Below, piece by piece: positions 58,303 through 64,000 of a DNA stretch of 64,000 nt (position 1 is its first letter; each line of letters begins with the position of its first letter). The notes below the pieces were generated by a model. The model was not told the origin of the DNA and ran no database searches. It saw nothing but the letters and a program-made list of their open reading frames with translations. This DNA is from Halanaerobiales bacterium. GTDB taxonomy: Bacteria > Bacillota > Halanaerobiia > Halanaerobiales > M55B127. The position numbers and the translations under genes are program-made. Location: the NCBI GenBank assembly GCA_018399995.1, contig JAGYMU010000003.1, positions 2,873 through 66,872 on the forward strand. The letters run 5' to 3'.

Positions 58303-59487
58303 ATGTTAAAGAAAGAAATTATTAATAATAAGGCAGAAGAAATACAAAAAGATTTAGTAAAATGGAGGAGAAGAATTCATCAAAACCCCGAAACGGGTTT
58401 TAATGAGGTAGAAACTTCTAATTTTATAGCAGAAAAGTTAGAAGATTTTAATATTCCATACCAGAGGGTATGTAAAACAGGTATAACTGGCTTAATTAAA
58501 GGTAGTAAACCTGGTGAAACCTTGGCTATTAGGGCAGATATAGATGCTTTAGCTATGGAAGAAAAAAATAATGTAATTTATAAATCGAAAAATAAGCAGG
58601 CTATGCATGCCTGTGGTCATGATGGTCATACTACAATTTTATTGGGAACAGCCAAACTTTTATCTAAAATGAAAGAAAAAATTAGGGGAAATGTAAAATT
58701 ACTATTCCAACCAGCCGAAGAGGGGCCAGGAGGAGCAAAGCCAATGATTGAAGCAGGTGTGTTAAATAATCCAGATGTGGATTATATGTTAGCTCTACAC
58801 ATCAACCCTGATATAGAAAAAAACATGGTAGGGATCAAACAAAATGTAATGATGGCAGCACCAGATATTTTCGAAATTACTATCAAAGGCAAGGGGGCAC
58901 ATGGAGCCCATCCCGAAAAGGGAGTAGATCCTATATCTATAGGTGCTCAAATTGTATTAGGGTTACAGCATATAAAGAGTAGAGAGCTAAATACACATCA
59001 ACCTGTTGTGATTAGTTGTGGTTCGTTTCAGGCGGGCAATGTATTTAATGTAATACCAGAAGTAGCTAAACTTAAAGGGACTGTACGAACATTTGATCAT
59101 GAGCTGCGGCAAAAAATTAAAACAAGGATTATTGAAATGGTTGAAAATATTACAAAAGCATATCGAGCAGAATGTAGTTGTGATTATGATTTCCGATATC
59201 CTCCTCTAATTAATGATAAAGAGCTGACCAGGCTGATGAAACAGGTTATAAAAAAAGATCTGGGAGAAAAGTACCTTTATGAAATTGCACAACCATCTAT
59301 GGGAGGAGAGGATTTTGCTTATTTTGCCCAGAAGGTACAGTCAACATATATGCTTTTGGGTACCAGAAATGAAGAGATGGGGATAACTCATGCACTTCAT
59401 TCACCTTATTTCGATTTTGATGAGGACATATTAAAACAGGGGGTTAAACTTTTTGTTCATGGAGTTAATAGAATATTAAATTGTTAA
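58303..59487 (+). CDS. M20D amidohydrolase (N-acyl-L-amino-acid amidohydrolase/hippuricase family)
   Basis: HQNPETGF, MHACGHDGH, FQPAEEG motifs. ATG 58303 follows an AAGGAAGGGAG RBS; the ORF is open from a TTG at 58273. Confidence 0.9.
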   Translation: MLKKEIINNKAEEIQKDLVKWRRRIHQNPETGFNEVETSNFIAEKLEDFNIPYQRVCKTGITGLIKGSKPGETLAIRADIDALAMEEKNNVIYKSKNKQAMHACGHDGHTTILLGTAKLLSKMKEKIRGNVKLLFQPAEEGPGGAKPMIEAGVLNNPDVDYMLALHINPDIEKNMVGIKQNVMMAAPDIFEITIKGKGAHGAHPEKGVDPISIGAQIVLGLQHIKSRELNTHQPVVISCGSFQAGNVFNVIPEVAKLKGTVRTFDHELRQKIKTRIIEMVENITKAYRAECSCDYDFRYPPLINDKELTRLMKQVIKKDLGEKYLYEIAQPSMGGEDFAYFAQKVQSTYMLLGTRNEEMGITHALHSPYFDFDEDILKQGVKLFVHGVNRILNC

Positions 59488-59956
59488 AATAATTATCATA
59501 AAAACAATATATGTTGTAAATCTTTATTAATTTTTAAACTGATGAAAAATTATAATATAAGGCCATTTTAGTTATTAATTGGTATGCTATGTGAACAAAG
59601 ATATAATTGTAAAATTTATCAAAGTATAATAAATTTGATCACAGATTTAAATACATACCTAGAAAAGTTTTAATTTCAACAATATTCCCAATGTTCCTAC
59701 AAGAATAGGATGAAAGGCAAATAACCTTTATTTATTTAGTGAAAAAAATAACATAAACAATAGATTGGCATTGATTTCTATTGTAATTGAAGGTATAATT
59801 ATAATAGATAAAGGGTAAATATTTAAATATAAGATTATTTTTCAATATTATTTGAATAAAAATTAAAGTGATTAACAAAATTGAATTATTAACTTTTATC
59901 TCAGAGTATGATGTATCAAAAATACAAGTTATCTAAAAATTATTCTTTTTATAATT

Positions 59957-62608
59957 TTGTTTTTCACTAAAATAAATTTTAGCAAAGGGGCGATTAGTAT
60001 TAATAACTTAGTTACAACTATAAAAGATTCCTGTCATGAGTGTTATGCTTGTGTAAGGAACTGTCCCGTAAAAGCCCTACAGGTTAAGGATGGCCAGGCA
60101 GAGGTGATTGATCACCGCTGTATTAATTGTACTAATTGTGTAACTATATGTTCACAAGGTGCTAAAGAAGTAAAAAACTATAAAGAGCACATAAGCTCCT
60201 TATTAAAAACAGGAAAAGAAAATATTGTTATTGGTTTGGCTCCCAGCTTTCCTGCTTTCGACACAGATTTGAGCTTAAAAGATTGGCAGAACATATTACT
60301 GCAGGCAGGTTTTAAAGAGGTTTATGAGGTTGCCTGGGGAGCTCAATTAATAATTGATGAATATAAGAAATACTTAAAAGAAAGTGATGAACCTGTTATA
60401 AGCAGCGCCTGTCCGGTTGTTGTTAATTATATTAGGAAATATTATTCTGAGTTAGTAAAATATTTAGCACCGTTTGTTTCACCAATGGGTGCCCTTGTTA
60501 GATATTTAGAAGAAATATTGGATTCTGAAGAGAAAATTGTTCTGGTTGGCCCCTGTCATGCAAAAAAATCAGAATTTTCCGAAAGCAGTATGGTTGAGGG
60601 AGTTTTGACATTTACAGAGTTTTTTGAAATGTTAAATGAAGATTTCAATATTAATTTTTCAAAAAAGAATAGCAGTATTGAAAATGACGTTAATCCAGCC
60701 TCAATAATAACGGATTATTCCCGCCAGATTCCTATAGCAGGAGGCCTAAAAGACGCATTAGTAGAAAATACAGATGATCAATATATTAAGGTTGAAGACA
60801 GTAAAAAATTATGCGCGCTTTTTGATATGATGTCAGAAGGGGAAATAAGACCTGATTTTGTTGATGCACTATTTTGCGATGGCTGTATAAACGGTGTGGA
60901 TTTAACTGAAAAGAGTCATTTTAAAAAGGAAATAGCCGTTAATCAATTTATCAACAAGAGAGAAAGGACTGAGCAATTAAAATATAAGGCTGAGTTGGCT
61001 TCAGATATAGACTATAGCTTTCTGTACACTGAAGACTATCAAAAACTAGAAGAACCAAGTCAAGCAGAAATTTGGAAAATTCTTGCAAAGACTAATAAAT
61101 ACTGTGAAGATGATTTATTAAACTGTGGGGCATGTGGCTATGATTCATGTGAAGAAAAAGCAGTTGCTGTTTATCAAGGTATAGCAGAAGTTGAAATGTG
61201 TTTACCTTTTTTACTTGATGAAAGAAGAAATGAAGTAGAAGATATTAAAAACTTAAATCTGGAACTTGATAGTATTATTAATTCTTCCTATGATGGAATG
61301 TTATTAGTTGATAATAAGTTAAGTGTTGAAAAAGTAAATGATGCTTATTTAGATATGATTGACCTCACAGAAGAAGAGTTGCTTAATTTAGACCTTTATG
61401 AATTAGAGGAAGAAAAAATTATTTATCCCTCGGCAGCTTTGTTAGCTTTTAAGGAAAAAAGGGATATTACTATTGTACAAAATACAGATAATAAAAAACT
61501 ACTAACTACTGCTACTCCAGTCTTATCTGACGATAATGAAATTATCAGAGTTATTGTTAACGCCAGGGATATAAATGAACTAGATGTGAGTGTAGACACA
61601 AATTTATCAGGTCATGAGAAAGTAAAATTATCAATTAAAGATGGTGACAATAAGCATAATAAGATGTCTCATATTGTCTGTAAATCAGATAAAATGAAAC
61701 GGATATTAAATATTGCTGAAAAAATCGGTGATACAAATTCTACAGTTTTAATTACGGGTGATTCAGGAGTTGGTAAAGAAGTAATAGCTAGATATATTCA
61801 CAAATTAGATAATAAAAGAGAAGAACTTGTAAAGATTAATTGTGGCGCAATACCAGAGAGGTTACTAGAATCGGAGTTATTCGGTTATGAAACCGGTGCA
61901 TTTAGTGGGGCAAGAAGAGAAGGCAAACCCGGCTTAATTGAAAAAGCTAATAATGGTACTTTGTTTTTAGATGAAATTGGAGAGATGCCTGTCAATATGC
62001 AGGTAAAATTACTTCAAGTTATTCAGGAACATCGTCTGACAAGAATTGGTGGAGTTGAGGCAATTGAAGTTAATTTTAGATTGATAGCAGCTACAAATAG
62101 AAATTTAAAGAAAAGCGTAGAGGCGGGAGAATTTAGAGAGGATCTCTTTTATAGGTTGAATGTGATACCAATAAACATACCACCTTTGTCTGAAAGGCCG
62201 CAGGACATAATACCTTTATTTGAATATTATATAGATAAATTTAATGAAAAATATAATAAAAAAGCTCATTTTGACCCCGGGGTTAAGGATATTTTAATAA
62301 AATACGATTGGCCGGGCAATGTGAGGGAAATGATTAACTTAATTGAGAGATTGGTAGTGACCAGTGAAAAATCACAGATTATTACTGTAAAGAATGTTGA
62401 AGAGTTTCTTAATACCAAAAAAAATGAGGGGGAGGACAGTAATATAGTAGTTAAGGATATTGTTCCTTTAAGAGAAGCGGTTGATTTAGTTGAAAAAGAA
62501 CTGCTCAAGTTGGCTAAAGGCAAGAATAAGACTACTTATGAGATTGCTGATATACTGGGTGTTAATCAATCCACTGTAGTAAGAAAGTTAAAAAAGTACT
62601 TTGATTGA
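59957..62608 (+). CDS. Fusion protein: 2x[4Fe-4S] + sensory-type [FeFe]-hydrogenase H-domain + Cx2Cx4Cx16C + PAS + sigma54 AAA+ activator + HTH
   Basis: CHECYACVRNCP / CINCTNCVTIC. H-domain motif variants SSACPVV, GPCHAKK, FCDGCINGV. CGACGYDSC-x16-C. PAS-like segment ~aa 430-545. GDSGVGKE, ESELFGYETGAFSGA, FLDEIGE, RLIAATN. C-terminal HTH (TTYEIADILGVNQSTVVRKLKKY). The exact start codon is uncertain (TTG 59957 is the first in-frame start). Confidence 0.85.
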   Translation: MFFTKINFSKGAISINNLVTTIKDSCHECYACVRNCPVKALQVKDGQAEVIDHRCINCTNCVTICSQGAKEVKNYKEHISSLLKTGKENIVIGLAPSFPAFDTDLSLKDWQNILLQAGFKEVYEVAWGAQLIIDEYKKYLKESDEPVISSACPVVVNYIRKYYSELVKYLAPFVSPMGALVRYLEEILDSEEKIVLVGPCHAKKSEFSESSMVEGVLTFTEFFEMLNEDFNINFSKKNSSIENDVNPASIITDYSRQIPIAGGLKDALVENTDDQYIKVEDSKKLCALFDMMSEGEIRPDFVDALFCDGCINGVDLTEKSHFKKEIAVNQFINKRERTEQLKYKAELASDIDYSFLYTEDYQKLEEPSQAEIWKILAKTNKYCEDDLLNCGACGYDSCEEKAVAVYQGIAEVEMCLPFLLDERRNEVEDIKNLNLELDSIINSSYDGMLLVDNKLSVEKVNDAYLDMIDLTEEELLNLDLYELEEEKIIYPSAALLAFKEKRDITIVQNTDNKKLLTTATPVLSDDNEIIRVIVNARDINELDVSVDTNLSGHEKVKLSIKDGDNKHNKMSHIVCKSDKMKRILNIAEKIGDTNSTVLITGDSGVGKEVIARYIHKLDNKREELVKINCGAIPERLLESELFGYETGAFSGARREGKPGLIEKANNGTLFLDEIGEMPVNMQVKLLQVIQEHRLTRIGGVEAIEVNFRLIAATNRNLKKSVEAGEFREDLFYRLNVIPINIPPLSERPQDIIPLFEYYIDKFNEKYNKKAHFDPGVKDILIKYDWPGNVREMINLIERLVVTSEKSQIITVKNVEEFLNTKKNEGEDSNIVVKDIVPLREAVDLVEKELLKLAKGKNKTTYEIADILGVNQSTVVRKLKKYFD

Positions 62609-62723
62609 TGCAGTCTTGCATTAAGGTGATGTAGTTGTGCATTAATGATAAAGCCTGTTATTACAACTAAACGTGATTAATAATGTGAAAAAAATATCTA
62701 AAGTCGATGCGCGACTGCATTAT
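62609..62723 (+). repeat. Three copies of a 16-19 nt motif GATG-N6-TGCATTA (candidate enhancer/UAS sites)
   Basis: tGATGCAGTCTTGCATTAA (core 62609-62624), tGATGTAGTTGTGCATTAA (62630-62645) and cGATGCGCGACTGCATTAT (62708-62723). Copies 1 and 2 are offset by exactly 21 bp. Confidence 0.5.
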
Positions 62724-62877
62724 ATAGTGTTTTTTTAGAAAAGAGTGGTGAATTATTAGGATATTTTTATTCTTATTCATTATTTAAAAAATATATTAAG
62801 GTTAAAAATACTTAAAACAGGCTATTTTGACTAAAAAATGAACATTTTAAGGATTTAAATCTAAGATATTTACATTC

Positions 62878-62893
62878 TGGTACAATATATGCA
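62878..62893 (+). promoter_or_regulatory. Sigma54 (-24/-12) promoter candidate
   Basis: TGGTAC-aatat-ATGCA has GG and GC at the canonical spacing (TGGCAC-N5-TTGCA). It lies 91 nt upstream of the ATG at 62984 and 155-270 nt downstream of the repeats. Confidence 0.7.
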
Positions 62894-62983
62894 TAATATA
62901 ATAAACAGAAGTAATTAGGCAAGTTAGTGTTTTTTTTAACAAAATAAGAGAATTTATTCACAAAAAAGGAGGTTTGTATTTAG

Positions 62984-63394
62984 ATGAATAGTGATAAGTT
63001 TTTAGACAGGGCTCATGATATTCAGGACACTTATGGTTATATTCCAGAAGGTGAAATAGACAAAATGGCCAAAGAATTTGATGTACCGAGAGCGAAGGTA
63101 TATGGCAGCATCCGTTTTTATTCGATGTTTTATACGGAACCGACGGGTAAGTATATCATTAGGGTATGTGACAGTCTTTCCTGTCACATTAATGATTCAA
63201 AATCTATTGTGGAAAGTATAAAAAATTATTTAGGCATTGATGATGGAGAAACTACAAAAAACAAAAAATTTACACTTGAAGTGGTAGAATGTCTAGGACA
63301 CTGTGGAGAAGGTCCGGTTATGATGGTAAATGATGAAATGTATACTCATGTTAGTGAAAATATGGCCTTAGATATTATCAAAGATTGCACATAA
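62984..63394 (+). CDS. NuoE-like [2Fe-2S] subunit (second copy)
   Basis: CDSLSCHIN ... CLGHCGEGPV four-Cys pattern. Paralogous to 16329..16817. AAGGAGG RBS. Confidence 0.9.
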   Translation: MNSDKFLDRAHDIQDTYGYIPEGEIDKMAKEFDVPRAKVYGSIRFYSMFYTEPTGKYIIRVCDSLSCHINDSKSIVESIKNYLGIDDGETTKNKKFTLEVVECLGHCGEGPVMMVNDEMYTHVSENMALDIIKDCT

Positions 63395-63411
63395 AAGGAG
63401 GTAAGCTTTAA

Positions 63412-64000
63412 ATGAGTGAAAAATATTTTTTGAAAGAAAACATGGTAAAAAGTATTTCGGATTATGATTTTTCTGCTTTTAAAAAAGCCCTTAAGATGGG
63501 ACAAAGTAAGGTTGTAAAAGAAATTGAAGATTCAGGTTTAAAAGGAAGGGGCGGTGCGGGCTTTCCTACTGGCTTTAAATGGAAGCTTGCCTCACAGCAA
63601 GAATCTGATTTGAAATATTTTATCTGTAATGGTGATGAAGGTGAACCGGGAACTTTTAAAGACCGCTTATTAATGGAAGATAGTCCCGTTAGGGTTTTAG
63701 AAGGGATAATGATAGGTGCATTTGCAGTTGGTGCCAGCCAGGGATATATATATATAAGAGGAGAATATGCAAAGTCAATTAAAATATTTAATGACATAAT
63801 TAAGGAAGCTAAAAAAGAACAGGTATTAGGTGAAAATATATTCGGCAGTGATTTCAGTTTTGACATGAAACTTATTAAAGGTGCCGGTGCTTATGTATGT
63901 GGAGATGAAACTTCTTTAATTAATTCGATAGAAGGTCACAGAGGAATATCTCGTATTAAACCACCTTATCCTATTGAAAAAGGACTATTCGATAAACCTA
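63412..64000 (+). CDS. NuoF-like flavoprotein subunit (second copy), 5' partial, runs off the window
   Basis: My own translation from ATG 63412 reads MSEKYFL...GLKGRGGAGFPTGFKWK...ICNGDEGEPGTFKDR...GAGAYVCGDETSLINSIEG. It follows an AAGGAGG RBS. It is absent from the ORF track because there is no stop inside the window. Confidence 0.9.
   Translation, partial: MSEKYFLKENMVKSISDYDFSAFKKALKMGQSKVVKEIEDSGLKGRGGAGFPTGFKWKLASQQESDLKYFICNGDEGEPGTFKDRLLMEDSPVRVLEGIMIGAFAVGASQGYIYIRGEYAKSIKIFNDIIKEAKKEQVLGENIFGSDFSFDMKLIKGAGAYVCGDETSLINSIEGHRGISRIKPPYPIEKGLFDKP

Noticed and set aside
59766-59781. TGGCAT-N5 sequence upstream of the hydrogenase-bEBP gene as a sigma54 promoter (autoregulation).
   Set aside because: The -12 position reads TCTAT rather than TTGC. 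Without the GC dinucleotide at the right spacing it does not qualify.
40126-63866. Antisense ORFs 40126..40461, 42012..42266, 43829..44119, 46381..46569, 47195..47410, 50287..50490, 50803..51078, 52685..52921, 53021..53341, 55864..56046, 56034..56315, 62266..62523, 63002..63187 and 63462..63866, plus the two plus-strand ORFs inside the MATE gene (56680..56898, 57547..57732).
   Set aside because: Each is embedded in a strongly supported gene on the opposite strand. In particular, 63462..63866 is antisense to the NuoF-like gene that is missing from the ORF track only because it runs off the window.

Overview
AT-rich chromosomal segment, coded almost entirely on the + strand; only a MATE efflux gene and one tRNA are on the - strand. 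Gene content looks like an anaerobic low-GC Firmicute (Halanaerobiales/Clostridia-like), but that taxon call is inference. Most of the window is conserved housekeeping synteny: cdaA-cdaR-glmM, glmS ribozyme-glmS, acpS-nnr, dcd, mazEF, tsaE-tsaB-rimI-tsaD, CIRCE-groES-groEL, guaA, pcrA-ligA-gatCAB and a peptide ABC transporter. No CRISPR array, transposase, integrase or phage genes were seen. The interesting content is regulatory and redox related. (1) A canonical NuoE/NuoF/HydA-type [FeFe]-hydrogenase operon (16329-21300) has a consensus sigmaA promoter carrying a Rex-like palindrome. It is preceded by a four-gene module: GHKL kinase-like ATPase, sensory-type hydrogenase homologue, DRTGG protein and PHP phosphoesterase. 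(2) An 883-aa protein (59957-62608) fuses a sensory-type [FeFe]-hydrogenase domain with a Cx2Cx4Cx16C motif to a PAS domain, a sigma54 AAA+ activator and an HTH. It is followed by three copies of a GATG-N6-TGCATTA repeat, a -24/-12 sigma54 promoter and a second NuoE/NuoF operon that runs off the window. I read this as a candidate one-component H2-responsive sigma54 switch, and I rate it the most novel system here. (3) A Bcp-type peroxiredoxin gene (37449-37892) has an in-frame TGA exactly at the peroxidatic Cys codon and a hairpin 11 nt downstream, so it is a candidate selenoprotein that the ORF track truncates. It sits in a small decay zone with a nonsense-interrupted ferredoxin and an SDR remnant. 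(4) A second sigma54 activator has a near-perfect -24/-12 promoter driving an isoaspartyl-dipeptidase/peptide-uptake operon. (5) A Upf1-like SF1 helicase carries an N-terminal DbpA/YxiN-type rRNA-binding domain. All calls rest on reading motifs in the supplied translations and sequence; no database searches were run.
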